From Candidatus Marinacidobacterales bacterium (GTDB taxonomy: Bacteria; Acidobacteriota; Vicinamibacteria; Marinacidobacterales; SMYC01): a stretch of 64,000 nucleotides of DNA. Position 1 is the first letter of the stretch. Each line of letters opens with the position of its first letter. Location: NCBI GenBank assembly GCA_965237955.1, contig OZ250169.1:1440001-1504000 (forward strand), given 5' to 3'. The translations under genes were made by a program, and so were the position numbers. Of the stretch, positions 10,568 through 21,649 are shown one piece after another. The notes beneath the pieces are model-generated. The model did not search any database, had not been told where the DNA came from, and saw nothing but the letters and a program-made list of their open reading frames with translations.

Positions 10568-10661
10568 AGCGCACCTCCCAGTTGATACACGGCTCGGCGA
10601 CGGCCGGCCGAGCCCCACAAGCTGCCGCGTGCGAAGCACGCAAGGTGGGCGAATTCGAGAT

Positions 10662-11048
10662 CCCGTAGCGCCACGTCTGTCTCGGTCCAGGTGCCAGGTC
10701 ACCGCTACGGTCGTAAGAAGCGGCCAATCGATTCTCAGACGCTCCCACGATAGCGCGGGCCGAGTGGGCGGCGAATGATCTATGTCACCACAGCCCAGGC
10801 GCCTCCTCACAAACGAGCTATGATACCGTCCGCTGCGATGACCCGCGCCAACCGCCCGCTTTTCGCGGTCCTATTGCTCAGCCTCGGTCTCAACGCGACC
10901 GCCGTGTGGTGGGGACTCCCCTCGCGCTTCGCGTGGGCGCCCGACGAGCTCCAACCAGCGATCATTCTTCAGGGTATCGACGAGCGATTCTCCGGAGATT
11001 GGCACCAGCCCGCGTACCCGCCGTTTCATTATTACGTGCTCGCGGTTT
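10662..11048 (+). repeat. Direct repeat copy 1: upstream region plus truncated 5' end of the glycosyltransferase gene
   Basis: Nearly identical to 13857-14244 (one indel and two substitutions seen). Confidence 0.95.
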
Positions 11049-11344
11049 ACAACTCGGGAGGAACATGGGCAACGATTGGTGGCATACTGAAGAAGCAAGC
11101 TGATACGGCTGACGATTTGTGGTCTCAGAACAACTAATTTCAAAGAAAAAGCGACATTGAAGACAGTTAGGTTTCTGACTCCTCGCGTGAAGTTTCTCTA
11201 TTCTTGCCGCTTGTTCTAGCGAAGTTAAACAGCCCGATTCGGGTCTCGGGAAGAGACATTGTCAAGAGTTGTGGATCACTCTCTGACTCAGGCAGCGTCC
11301 CTCGCTTCTTCGTTCAGTCCGTTGCTTCCGGAGAAGGCGATTCG

Positions 11345-12311
11345 CGCCTGACCGACGGCGAGCGGCGAACCCTGGCTGAGATCGGAAGACAGCTCGGCAG
11401 GCGAGCGCTCGAAGAGGTAGCAAGCATCGGGAGGCCTGAGACGATCCTCGGATGGCACCGCAAGCTTGTCGCGAGGAAGTTCGATGGTTCCAAGAATCGC
11501 GCGTATCCAGGGCGACCACGCGTCGACGAAGAAATCGAGAAGCTGGTTGTACGCATCGCAACGGAAAATCGCTCGTGGGGCTACGATCGGATTGCCGGAG
11601 CGATGGCCAACCTCGCGTATCAAGTGAGCGACCAGACCGTCGGCAACATTTTGAAACGGCATGGCATCGCACCCGCGCCGGAGCGCCGAAAGACCACGAC
11701 GTGGAAGGAGTTCATCCGCTCGCACATGGACGTCCTTGCGGCGACGGATTTCTTCACCGCGAAAGTGTGGACCAAGACCGGGCTCGTCACGTACTACGTG
11801 TTGTTCTTCATACACCTGGCTACCCGGCGCGTTTACATTGTCGGCATCACACCGTATCCCGACGGGCAGTGGATGACCCAGGTGGCACGGAATGTGACCA
11901 TGGCGGATGTCGGGTTTCTCTCCTCGAGTCGTTACTTGATCCACGACCGGGACCCAAAGTTCTGCGAGGCGTTTCAGCTGACCGTCGAAACCGTGCGTAT
12001 CAAGACCGTCAAACTGCCCGCGAGAAGCCCGAATCTGAATTCATTCGCGGAGCGCTGGGTGAGATCGGCGAAGGACGAGTGCCTGTCGAAGCTCATCCTC
12101 TTCGGGGAGAGGTCGCTTCGGCTCGCGCTGAAACACTATGTCGCGCATTTCCACGAAGAAAAGGAATCACCAAGGCAAGGGCAATCTATTGTTGTTCCCG
12201 GCCGTCGAAAGGATGCGTCGGGTCGAAGGCCTGGTTCGTTGTTGGGAACGGCTCGGCGGACTGCTCCGATACTACTATCGGGAAGCTGCATGAGTTTTTT
12301 GACCATACGGG
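11345..12311 (+). mobile_element. Degenerate IS with integrase-core (rve, IS3/IS481-like) transposase; 5'-truncated, frameshifted near 12158
   Basis: ENRSWGYDRI, DFFT, LIHDRD and NSFAERWVRS motifs; RNHQG...RLGGLLRYY tail in a shifted frame. Confidence 0.85.
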
Positions 12312-12507
12312 AATACGCCGCTCGTGACGCGAAACGATTCGCGGCTCGATGAGCCTGCGCGTCAGTCTGCTCTGTGCCGACCAAGGATCGGACGCTTCGC
12401 GCGAAAGCCGATTGTCAAGTGATGTCGCTTCGGTTAAAGTGGGTTCTTCATGTTCGATGCCGCACTTTCGCGGACGAATCGCTCGGTTCTCAATCCAGGA
12501 GGTTCCA

Positions 12508-13209
12508 ATGCTTGATCCCCTATCCAGGATCGGCGACGCAGGGTTCATCGAAGAGCTCGACGCGATCATCGCCCGACACGCAATGCTCGACCATCCGTTC
12601 TACAAGGCGTGGAACGAAGGAGCGCTCACATGCGAAACGCTCGCCGAGTACGCCAAGCAGTACTATGCACACGTGAGCAATTTTCCAGTTTACGTCAGCG
12701 CCACGCACTCACGATGCGACGACATCAAGGTCCGGCAGCTGCTCTTGGAGAACCTGAACGACGAGGAGAAGGGCGAGGAGAACCATCCCGAGCTCTGGAT
12801 GCGCTTCGCGGAAGGTCTCGGCCTGGGGCGCGCGGAGGTCGCGGCTGCCGAATTGCTTCCTGAAACGAACGCGTCCGTGGCGACGATCAAATCACTGACG
12901 GAGGACCCTGACTACCTCAGCGGTATCGCCGCCCTCTACGCGTACGAGTCGCAGATCCCAGAAGTCGCGCGGACGAAACGCGAAGGCCTGAAGGCGTTCT
13001 ACGGTATCGACGACGCGCGAACGGTCTCGTTTTTCACCGTGCACGAGGAAGCGGATCTCGTGCACCGGCAAATGGAACGCGACATTCTCCGTGAGAAAGC
13101 GACCGATTCGGCATCGCGGCAGAAAGTCCTGCGTGCGGCCGACGCGTCGGCGCAGGCGCTCTGGACGTTTCTCGACGGCGTCCACCGGGCGTTCGTTCCA
13201 GCGGAGTAG
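12508..13209 (+). CDS. CADD/TenA/PqqC heme-oxygenase-like diiron protein (CADD-type, putative pABA synthase)
   Basis: AGGAGG RBS; HPFY, ENLNDEE...NHPELW, YESQIP and FFTVHEEADLVH motifs. Confidence 0.85.
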   Translation: MLDPLSRIGDAGFIEELDAIIARHAMLDHPFYKAWNEGALTCETLAEYAKQYYAHVSNFPVYVSATHSRCDDIKVRQLLLENLNDEEKGEENHPELWMRFAEGLGLGRAEVAAAELLPETNASVATIKSLTEDPDYLSGIAALYAYESQIPEVARTKREGLKAFYGIDDARTVSFFTVHEEADLVHRQMERDILREKATDSASRQKVLRAADASAQALWTFLDGVHRAFVPAE

Positions 13210-13601
13210 CGGAACTTCCACCGGCGCGTTGTATTTCCAAACGAAACCCTTAGATTCAAAAAATCATACGGCTTCTTCTTAGAGCGCGCGTTTTATCGGG
13301 GAGAGCTTAAGTTCGTCCCAGGTGGAACGGGTCGTCGTGGGAAGGTTCGGCCTCCTAGAAGAGTTTCTTGGAACCGGGCGTCCAATGAATGCGCGACCGA
13401 CTCAAAAACTTAGGACATTAGATCCATGATGATGCTTGGAAACCATCGGAATTGCGCCCGACGGGGGTTCGAATGAGTTTGCGGGTGGCGCGTGTAGGCG
13501 AAAGAAGGGGCCGTTTGGGCAGTGAGCCTAGGACAGAGTGAGGCGAGGGTGATTTTGGGAACACGGGTCTTGTTCGAATGACCCCCGAATGGCGCCAAGC
13601 G

Positions 13602-13856
13602 CTATGCCCGCGGCAGGGCGGCAGATGGTAAAGGAGGGTCCCGGCTATTACGATTTTCGAGACGGTCCAAGATCTGGCAGATGACGCTGGGCTCGGTGAT
13701 GAAAGAAACGACGCGCATTTTGCCGCCGCAGTTTTTGCAAATCAACGGGTCGGTTTTGAACACACGGCGGATCAAGTTGGCCCATCGTCGACGAAGGGTT
13801 CTGCGCTGGGTGGCGTTGAGCTCGTCGGCGGCGGCTGCAGGTCGTTTTTTCGGGTA
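13602..13856 (-). mobile_element. IS91-family (rolling-circle) transposase C-terminal remnant
   Basis: WANLIRRVFKTDPLICKNCGGKMRVVSFITE...ILDRL matches the C-terminal CxxC motif of IS91-like transposases. Confidence 0.75.
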
Positions 13857-14244
13857 CCCGTAGCGGCCACGTCTGTCTCGGTCCAGGTGCCAGGTCACCG
13901 CTACGGTCGTAAGAAGCGGCCAATCGATTCTCAGACGCTCCCACGATAGCGCGGGCCGAGTGGGCGGCGAATGATCTATGTCACCACAGCCCAGGCGCCT
14001 CCTCACAAACGAGCTATGATACCGTCCGCTGCGATGACCCGTGCCAACCGCCCGCTTTTCGCGGTCCTATTGCTCAGCCTCGGTCTCAACGCGACCGCCG
14101 TGTGGTGGGGACTCCCCTCGCGCTTCGCGTGGGCGCCCGACGAGCTCCAACCGGCGATCATTCTTCAGGGTATCGACGAGCGATTCTCCGGAGATTGGCA
14201 CCAGCCCGCGTACCCGCCGTTTCATTATTACGTGCTCGCGGTTT
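13857..14244 (+). repeat. Direct repeat copy 2
   Basis: Matches 10662-11048 and continues into the intact glycosyltransferase gene. Confidence 0.95.
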
Positions 14245-15545
14245 CCTACCTTCCGGTTCTCGCGCTCGACATCGTGGACGTCGACAGCATCACCGGCCGC
14301 ACCCTGTTCTATTACTTGGGACGCATCATCTCGCTCGGGATGGGCGTCGGGATTCTGCTGACGATCTACTACCTGGGCGTTGCCGTTTTCGATCGACGTG
14401 CGGCGCTCTTGGCAACGCTGATTGCTGCGTTCACCTCGCCCTTCGTCTACTATGCGAAGATCGCGAATCTCGATGTGCCTGCGGCTTTCTGGGTGCTGTT
14501 GTCCCTGTATTTTTTCGTGCGGCACATCAAGACCGACTCGAGTCGAGATCTCGTGCGTTTCGCTTTCACCGCTGTCATCGCGATGTGCACCAAAGACCAG
14601 GCCTACGCGTTCTATGTTCTGCCGGTCGGACTCTACCTGGTACAGCGTTATCGCCGCGGAAACGCGATTTTCGATCGACCGCGCGTGCTCGCGGCCGTTA
14701 CCGGGACGTTGCTGTTTCTCGCGATCCACAACGTGGTCTTCAACTTCTGGGGTTTCGTTCACCATTTCGAGGAAATTCTCTGGGCTCGGAGCCACTACAC
14801 TAGTTTCGAAGGCTCTGTGTCGCAGCTCAGTCTTGGGGGACAAAGCCTTCGCCACGTGAACTTCGCCTTAGGGTGGCCGATGACGCTTGCTTGCATGCTC
14901 GGCGTTGGCTTCGCCATTCGAGGACGGAAAAACAACCCTCTGCCCCTGTGGCTCCTCTTCTCCGGCATTTCCTACTACTTGTGCTTCATCGCCCCGGTTC
15001 GCAGCACATGGCTGCGCTACATCGTGCCCCTCGTGCTGATCCTGGCCTTGTTCGGAGGACATTTCTTGGCGTGGCTCTGGGCACGCGGGGTCCGATGGCA
15101 TCGAGCCGGAATCCTCGTCGGCCTTGGATACTCGTTTTTCTACGCCGCGTCAGTCGACGTGCTTCTCCTCAACGATGCGCGCTACGAAGTCGAGCGGTGG
15201 TTGAGCGCCCGAGTCCACTCCGACCAAATCGTCGGCTTCGTCGGGCCCGAGTACTATCTTCCACGTCTCGATGAGGTCTCCGCGCGGCGGGTTCGCCCGA
15301 CCGAGACCGTCCTCGAACGAGCGCGCCCCGACTACCTCGTGGTGAACCCCGAGTACGCAGCAAGGTTCGAGCCCGGGACCAGAGAGGGCGAGCTGTTCTC
15401 GAGCCTGGCGGGAGGCCGTTCCGGCTATGGGCTTGCGCTCAGCTATCAATCACAGCCCGCGCCCATGCTTCTCGACTTCGACGGCGTGCTCGGGAACATG
15501 GCGAAATTGAACCCGCTGATCGAAGTGTATGAGAGAGCGCACTAG
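14034..15545 (+). CDS. ArnT/PMT-like (GT-C) membrane glycosyltransferase
   Basis: WAPDE, YPPFHYY, YAKIANLD and CTKDQ motifs with many TM helices. Confidence 0.8.
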   Translation: MTRANRPLFAVLLLSLGLNATAVWWGLPSRFAWAPDELQPAIILQGIDERFSGDWHQPAYPPFHYYVLAVSYLPVLALDIVDVDSITGRTLFYYLGRIISLGMGVGILLTIYYLGVAVFDRRAALLATLIAAFTSPFVYYAKIANLDVPAAFWVLLSLYFFVRHIKTDSSRDLVRFAFTAVIAMCTKDQAYAFYVLPVGLYLVQRYRRGNAIFDRPRVLAAVTGTLLFLAIHNVVFNFWGFVHHFEEILWARSHYTSFEGSVSQLSLGGQSLRHVNFALGWPMTLACMLGVGFAIRGRKNNPLPLWLLFSGISYYLCFIAPVRSTWLRYIVPLVLILALFGGHFLAWLWARGVRWHRAGILVGLGYSFFYAASVDVLLLNDARYEVERWLSARVHSDQIVGFVGPEYYLPRLDEVSARRVRPTETVLERARPDYLVVNPEYAARFEPGTREGELFSSLAGGRSGYGLALSYQSQPAPMLLDFDGVLGNMAKLNPLIEVYERAH

Positions 15546-15588
15546 CGTGCGCGTGGCTGCCATCGGCCGGCCGCGCTAGAGTGGGGAG

Positions 15589-16155
15589 ATGAAGGACTCG
15601 ATGGCGCGCTTCAACTCGTTGGCGAGTGACGTCGCTCGCAAGTTCGAAGCGATACGGCGGCGGAACCACGGACGCATGGAGTGCCGGGAGGGCTGCGCGG
15701 ATTGCTGTCGCTGCCGCTTGTCGATCACGCGTGTGGAAGAGGCCTATCTTCGCCAAGGGTTGGCGCGATTGCCGCTGTCGGTCCGGCTCGAGCTAAAAAC
15801 CCGAGCCACCACTGAGCCCACTGATTCTGACACGAACGAGATGTGCCCGGCGCTGGACGCGAACGGCTGCTGTAAGATTTATGAGTCGCGCCCGTTGATT
15901 TGTCGTTCTCACGGCGTTCCGCTTCGTTACCGTTACCCGGTGCCGCTGATCCATCCCGCTGTCATCGACGTGTGCGAAAAGAACTTCGCAAACTTAGATG
16001 GTGTTTCGATGAAGTCCCTGCCGATCGAAGACGTTCTCGACCAAACGAGTTTGACGGCCGAGCTCGCAGAGATCGACGCGGACCACTGCGACGAGCACGA
16101 GCTACCGCGCGGCGAGAGGGTGCCGCTCGCACGTATTCTCGCGGAATGCGTCTGA
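15589..16155 (+). CDS. YkgJ-family cysteine-cluster protein
   Basis: CREGCADCC...CPAL...CKIYESRPLICR. Confidence 0.88.
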   Translation: MKDSMARFNSLASDVARKFEAIRRRNHGRMECREGCADCCRCRLSITRVEEAYLRQGLARLPLSVRLELKTRATTEPTDSDTNEMCPALDANGCCKIYESRPLICRSHGVPLRYRYPVPLIHPAVIDVCEKNFANLDGVSMKSLPIEDVLDQTSLTAELAEIDADHCDEHELPRGERVPLARILAECV

Positions 16156-16170
16156 TGTTTTCAAGAAAAA

Positions 16171-17448
16171 TCATGCGGCGTCGCGGCCGCCGGAGATGCG
16201 GTCCATACCCTGGTGAGCAATCAGCAGTTCGCCGCAGTCGTACTCGCCCCACATCGCATCGTTCAACGAAGCCGCGATCAGCTCCTGGTATTGCGGAAGG
16301 TTGTGGTCTTCGATCGCGGAGAGAATACGGTCGCGGCTGCGCGTCTTGACGCGACGCGAGTAAAGAGCGCAGCAATCCTTATAGGGCTGGATGGAAATAT
16401 CATACGTCCCGATGCGCTCTGCGACTTTCATGATCTCGTTCTTGTCGAAGCCGACGAGCGGTCGCAGGACCGGCATGTCGACGGCTTTGTCGCTCGCGAT
16501 GAGATTCTCAATCGTTTGTGACGCGACCTGAGAAAGACTGTCTCCGGTGCAGAGCGACACGGCTCCCGTCTTTTTCGCCACCGCCTGCGCGACCCGGAAC
16601 AGAAAACGCCGGAAGAGGACGGGCTCGTACCCAGTGTTGCGCCCGCTCAACGCGAGGTCGAAGTGCGTGTAGGGAACGACGAAGAGCCGCGAGCGTACCG
16701 TAAACCGACTGAGCTGCCGCGCTAATTGCCCCGGAACCGACTCCGCGAAGTCATCCTCGGAAACTTGGGACGCGCTCATGTGAACCCAGTCGACGGTGCA
16801 CCCTCGCCGCGCGAGAAGGTACGACGCGACGGGTGAATCGATCCCCCCGGACAAAAGACCCAAAATCGACCCGCTCGTTCCAACGGGAAGGCCTCCGATG
16901 CCTTTCAGCCTATCGGAATAGAAGAACAGGCTGTCGGAATAGATATCGATGTAGAACGTCTGGTCGGGATCGCCGAGCCGCACTCGATCCCAATCGGTGC
17001 GCTCTCGAATGGCCTGTCCCAGCCAGGTTTCGAGCTCGGACGACGGAAGCGGGAACCTCTTGTCAACGCGATGCGCGCGCACCGCGAACGTACGGTCAGG
17101 TTGATAGCTCTCCTCGGCCAGGCGTACGGTGAGGTCCTCCACGGTGGCGCGATCGAGCTCACCGTCGACGAGAATGTCGCCTCGTTTCAATCGCACCGCG
17201 GGAGCTAGCGAGCTCACCCCGGCCACGCGTTGCAGCGTTTCCAGAACCGAGCGGAGCGATTGCGCGTCATAGTCGCGTGCCTCGACGTAGAGGCGCCCGC
17301 AGTTCATCTTGACGGGCCAGCGGAGCTCGTGCCGGCGCAGCACGTGTCGTACGTTCGCTTTCAACCGCGCCCAGAAGTCCCCTTGGTTTCTCCCTTTCAG
17401 CGTGATCTCCGGAGAACGGAGAATGATTTCCAGCGCCTGGGTACCCAT
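16171..17448 (-). CDS. thiI: tRNA 4-thiouridine sulfurtransferase (THUMP + PP-loop, no rhodanese domain)
   Basis: EITLKGRN, GGLPVGTSG, LLSGGIDSPVA, GDSLSQVASQT and DCC motifs. Confidence 0.92.
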   Translation of the reverse strand: MGTQALEIILRSPEITLKGRNQGDFWARLKANVRHVLRRHELRWPVKMNCGRLYVEARDYDAQSLRSVLETLQRVAGVSSLAPAVRLKRGDILVDGELDRATVEDLTVRLAEESYQPDRTFAVRAHRVDKRFPLPSSELETWLGQAIRERTDWDRVRLGDPDQTFYIDIYSDSLFFYSDRLKGIGGLPVGTSGSILGLLSGGIDSPVASYLLARRGCTVDWVHMSASQVSEDDFAESVPGQLARQLSRFTVRSRLFVVPYTHFDLALSGRNTGYEPVLFRRFLFRVAQAVAKKTGAVSLCTGDSLSQVASQTIENLIASDKAVDMPVLRPLVGFDKNEIMKVAERIGTYDISIQPYKDCCALYSRRVKTRSRDRILSAIEDHNLPQYQELIAASLNDAMWGEYDCGELLIAHQGMDRISGGRDAA

Positions 17449-17589
17449 GGCTCGTCCGGTCACGGCATTTCAGCTTATCAGTTCATTCACGGCCAAGCAC
17501 ATTCCCGCGCCCGGCATGCGACAATAGTTATGTCGCCGAAGAAGGCTTCGGTGCGGTTGGGGGCCACTTATGGTGGTGTACCGGGCCTT

Positions 17590-17790
17590 CTCGGCGGCAT
17601 TGGCATCCTCTGTCGTCGAGGTGCTGCCGGAAATAGCCCTTTCGGTGCACGAGGGTGATGGCGACGAGCGGGAGCCCCCAATCCGCCGCCGTCAACGTAT
17701 CGCCCGCGAGCACTCCCAACCCTCCGGAGTAGGTATGGATATCCTCGCTGAGGCCGATCTCCATCGAAAAGTAAGCAATCTTGAGCTCCG
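17590..17790 (-). pseudogene. glgP: Alpha-glucan phosphorylase N-terminal fragment
   Basis: [10 protein letters not shown]...[11 protein letters not shown]...GYFRQHLD, then the similarity stops. Confidence 0.8.
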
Positions 17791-17927
17791 GCAAAACCGC
17801 AAAACCCTCCTGGAAGCCGAAAAGACTAGCATACGGCCGGCTAGAAAGCCGACGAGATTGCAGGTAAAATTGAAGCCAGACCTCGAAAATCACTTAACCC
17901 GCTGGACTTCAGAGAGAGGATCAACCC

Positions 17928-18392
17928 ATGGAACTCTATTTGGTGCGGCACGGCGATGTAGATCCGAACGTCGGCGATGCGGGCGAGGGACCGCCCCTCA
18001 CAGAAGCCGGGTTGGCGCATGTGCGCCGGTGCGCCAATTTCGCGGCCCGACTCGGCGTGGAAATTGGTGAGATCCGGCACTCGGAAGCGCTGCGATCCAT
18101 CCAAACCGCGCAGGAGTTTGAGCAGACCCTTCAATGCCCGCGGAAGCAAGTAACCGGCATCGGGCCAGACGACGATATCAACCCGCTTCGGAGAGAAGCC
18201 GCCGGGCTAAAACAGAACGTCATGGTCATCGGCCATCTCCCGTACTTGAATCGGATCGCCGGTGCACTTCTCGCCCAGGACGAGAGCATGCCCGTGGTCG
18301 TCTTCCACCCTGCGTCCCTAGTCCGCCTGGACCGCAGAGAGGACGCAAGGTGGAGCATTCAGCTTGTATTGCCGATTGGGGTGATGCCCTAG
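17928..18392 (+). CDS. sixA: Phosphohistidine phosphatase
   Basis: LYLVRHG, RSIQTA and VIGHLP motifs. Confidence 0.88.
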   Translation: MELYLVRHGDVDPNVGDAGEGPPLTEAGLAHVRRCANFAARLGVEIGEIRHSEALRSIQTAQEFEQTLQCPRKQVTGIGPDDDINPLRREAAGLKQNVMVIGHLPYLNRIAGALLAQDESMPVVVFHPASLVRLDRREDARWSIQLVLPIGVMP

Positions 18393-18423
18393 TGAGCTCC
18401 CCTACGGGGAGCGGTTCCGCCCT

Positions 18424-18524
18424 CGGCCATCCGCCCTCGGCCATCGGCAGGGGACAGTTGATGGCTGGCCCTGGTCAGCGTCACATCACCGCGAGCTGAT
18501 GGCTGACGGCTGATGGCCGATGGC
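18424..18524. repeat. Inverted pair of heptamer tandem arrays (GCYGAYG-type)
   Basis: cggccatccgccctcggccatcggc ... gctgatggctgacggctgatggccgatggc. Confidence 0.75.
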
Positions 18525-18539
18525 GCCGCGATAGTGGTT

Positions 18540-18712
18540 TTACTGCGGTCCCCAAATCCTCAGGCTGCCATCCCCCAACGCGCCCACGATCTGGGGCTCC
18601 TCGCCAGTGACGACGACGCCAGTGAAGACCTCGTCCGCGCCGCCCCAGAGCGTCGTGCGCGGGTTGCCGGTGTTCAAATCCCAAATGATGAGGCTGTTGT
18701 CCATCGCGACGC
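18540..18712 (-). pseudogene. WD40-repeat protein C-terminal remnant
   Basis: DNSLIIWDLNTG and DGSLRIW motifs; abuts the IS5 end. Confidence 0.55.
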
Positions 18713-19640
18713 TGCCTTGGTGCACAACTCCGATAGAGGCCGAGAGCTCGCTTGGCCCCGACTCCCATCATCCGGTCATCTCGCTATCAGGCATCCCGAG
18801 CGCCGTCATGGTGTTGAGAATCTTGCACCCGATCCTTGCCTCGACTCTCTGTGCCGCCAACCCTCTCGCTCGCATCGCTGAGCCCACGATAGCCTTGTAG
18901 CGATGGAACGTTGTCTCGACTTTGCTCCGTTTGCTGTAGCCCGATTCTGTGTGCCACTTTCGTTTGCCGAGCCGAGCTTGTGCTGCAATATTGCGATTAC
19001 GCTGTCGGCTGCTCGCCGGCCCCGATGCGAGCTGGGCGCCCTTGCGCGGCGGTATCAGCACCCTCGGCGAGCGATGAGCGCTGTGATTTTCGATCGCCTC
19101 ATAGACGCCGCTGGCGTCGTATGCGGTGTCAGCTCTAGCCGATGAGATGGGACTGTCGATCTGTCCGACAAGCGATGCAACCCGCGATGAATCGCGGGCT
19201 CTTTTGCTCGTCAGCTCGCAGGCGACGACTTCGCCACGCTGCTCGTCGACACACAGATGGAGCTTGCGATAGTCCCTGCTATTTGGTGCTCTGCGCAGCT
19301 GGCCGGCGTGGACAGCGAGACCGCTGCTGTCGATCAAGATGTGCAACGGCGTCTTCTGCTTGTCTTGGTAGAAGGGGACCTTACCCAGCTTCGCCTTGCG
19401 CCTCGAGATCGTGGTGTGATCGGGCACATCATTGTCTAGCTTCATCAGAGCGAACAACGATCGCAGCAATCCCTCGCTCTGCCTAGACGACAGATGAAAC
19501 ACCATGCCCAGGGTGACAGCCGTCTCGATGGCGTGGTTCGAGTACTTGCGTTGACGGCCCGGTTTCCTCCTCCTTGGCCGGGGCGCGTCCCAGTTCACAA
19601 GCTTGCCGGCGGTGAGCGAGATCCAGACGGTCGCTGGGAC
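18713..19640 (-). mobile_element. IS5-family (IS903 group) transposase, 5'-truncated, with one terminal IR
   Basis: GRQRKYSNHAI, PDHTTISRR, IDSSG, RKLHL, DTAYD and YSKRSKVETTFHRYK motifs. IS903-like end gccttggtgcacaactc at 18714-18730. Confidence 0.88.
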
Positions 19641-19762
19641 TCGCCGGGATGGGAATGGGCTCGATGATGTAGTCTTTCAACCGTTACTGGCGAACGTTTA
19701 CTGTCGGCAACAAGAAAAGAAACCCGACGCTCCAAGACTTCAACCAGGTCCTCCTCTTCGCG

Positions 19763-21577
19763 TCATTCCTCGCGCCGCTTCGGTCTCTGGTTCGCGGCCA
19801 GAATCCGCTTTCGGAGACGAATCGAGCTCGGGGTCGTCTCGACGAGCTCGTCGTCGCGGATGAACTCGAGCGCTTGCTCGAGATTGAGCTCACGATGAGG
19901 CGTTAGCTTCACGGCGATCTCGGCCGTCGACGAGCGCATGTTGGTGAGCTTCTTTTCCCGGGTGACGTTGACGTCGAGATCCGCGGGTCGGGAGTTCTCG
20001 CCAACGACCATCCCTTCGTAGACTTCCACTCCGGGTCCGATGAAGAGCGCGCCTCGATCTTCGAGGTTATGAAGCGCGTACGCGGTCGAGCTCCCACGCC
20101 TGTCGGCCACGAGCACCCCGGTCAAACGTTTGGGCACCGCACCTTGCCAATCGTCGTAACCATCGAAGAGCGTGTTGAGCACCGCCGTACCGCGTGTATC
20201 GGCAAGAAGCTCGCTCCGGATCCCGATGAGCCCTTGCGACGGGACGCGAAACTCAAGTCGCACGCGTCCCGAGCCGTGGTTCACCATGTGCGTCATCAAG
20301 CCCTTGCGGATACCAAGCTTCTCGACGACGACGCCTTGGAACGGCTCGGCGACGTCCACGAGCAGAATCTCGAAAGGTTCTTGCTTCTTGCCGTCGACCT
20401 CCCGCATCAGAACCTCGGGATTGCCGAGCGCGAGCTCGTAGCCTTCCCGCCGCATCGTTTCCACGAGGATCGCGAGCTGCAGCTCGCCGCGTCCGAAGAC
20501 TTTGAAAGAATCCGCCGAGTCCGTCGGCTCCATCTGCAGAGACACGTTCGTCAGAAGCTCTTTTTCGAGACGCTCTTTGATCTTGCGCGACGTCACCTGC
20601 TCGCCTTCCAGGCCGGCGAACGGAGACGTGTTGACCGAGAACACCATCGAAAGCGTGGGCTCGTCGATCCTGAGTCGCGGAAGCGCCGACGGCGTCTCGG
20701 CGCTGGTAACGGTGTCGCCAATCGCAATCCCGCCGACGCCAGCGATACACACGATATCGCCCGTGCGCGCTTCGTCGGTAGGTACGCGCTCGAGGCCAGA
20801 GAACGTAAACAGCTTCGTAATCTTGGTCGTCTCGACGGTGTCGTCGGCTTTGGCGATGCCGGCTTCGTCGCCCGCCGCAAGCGTCCCATGAGAGATGCGG
20901 CCAATCGCCAGACGACCCAAGTAGTCGTTGTAGTCCAGATTGGAGACCATGAGCTGGAGCGGTGCGGTCGCATCACCTTTCGGCGGTGGCAAGTGCTCCA
21001 AGATAGCGGCGAACATCCGTCTCATATCGGTGTCGTCTCCGTCCGGTTCGAGACGCACGGTGCCGCTGCGGGCGTTGGCGTACAGAATCGGAAACTCGAG
21101 CTGGTCCTCGGTGGCGTCGAGGTCGATGAAGAGGTCGTACACTTCGTTCACGACTTCCTGAACGCGCGCATCCTGCCGGTCGATCTTGTTGATCACCAAC
21201 ACCAACGGAAGTTTTAGCGCAAGGGCCTTGCCCAAGACGTATCGGGTTTGCGGTAAGGGGCCCTCGCTGGCGTCGACGAGCAGCATGACGCCATCGACCA
21301 TGCTGAGCGCGCGCTCGACCTCGCCGCCGAAATCCGCGTGACCCGGGGTGTCGACGATGTTGATTTTGACGCCTTGGTAGTGGATGGCCGTGTTCTTGGC
21401 AAGAATGGTGATGCCGCGCTCGCGCTCGAGATCCCCCGAGTCCATCACCCGCTCGCGCACTTCCTGGTTCTCCCGGAAAACGCCGCTTTGATGAAGAAGT
21501 GCGTCGACGAGCGTGGTCTTGCCGTGATCGACGTGGGCAATGATCGCGATGTTCCTTATGTTGTCGATGCTCTGCAC
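19763..21577 (-). CDS. typA: Translational GTPase TypA/BipA
   Basis: [33 protein letters not shown] and KKLTNMRS motifs. Confidence 0.97.
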   Translation of the reverse strand: MQSIDNIRNIAIIAHVDHGKTTLVDALLHQSGVFRENQEVRERVMDSGDLERERGITILAKNTAIHYQGVKINIVDTPGHADFGGEVERALSMVDGVMLLVDASEGPLPQTRYVLGKALALKLPLVLVINKIDRQDARVQEVVNEVYDLFIDLDATEDQLEFPILYANARSGTVRLEPDGDDTDMRRMFAAILEHLPPPKGDATAPLQLMVSNLDYNDYLGRLAIGRISHGTLAAGDEAGIAKADDTVETTKITKLFTFSGLERVPTDEARTGDIVCIAGVGGIAIGDTVTSAETPSALPRLRIDEPTLSMVFSVNTSPFAGLEGEQVTSRKIKERLEKELLTNVSLQMEPTDSADSFKVFGRGELQLAILVETMRREGYELALGNPEVLMREVDGKKQEPFEILLVDVAEPFQGVVVEKLGIRKGLMTHMVNHGSGRVRLEFRVPSQGLIGIRSELLADTRGTAVLNTLFDGYDDWQGAVPKRLTGVLVADRRGSSTAYALHNLEDRGALFIGPGVEVYEGMVVGENSRPADLDVNVTREKKLTNMRSSTAEIAVKLTPHRELNLEQALEFIRDDELVETTPSSIRLRKRILAANQRPKRREE

Positions 21578-21649
21578 AGGACGCGTATTATGACACGCCG
21601 ATTCATCGCCACCGTATTTCGTTCGATGACGTGAGCTACAATGCTCAGC

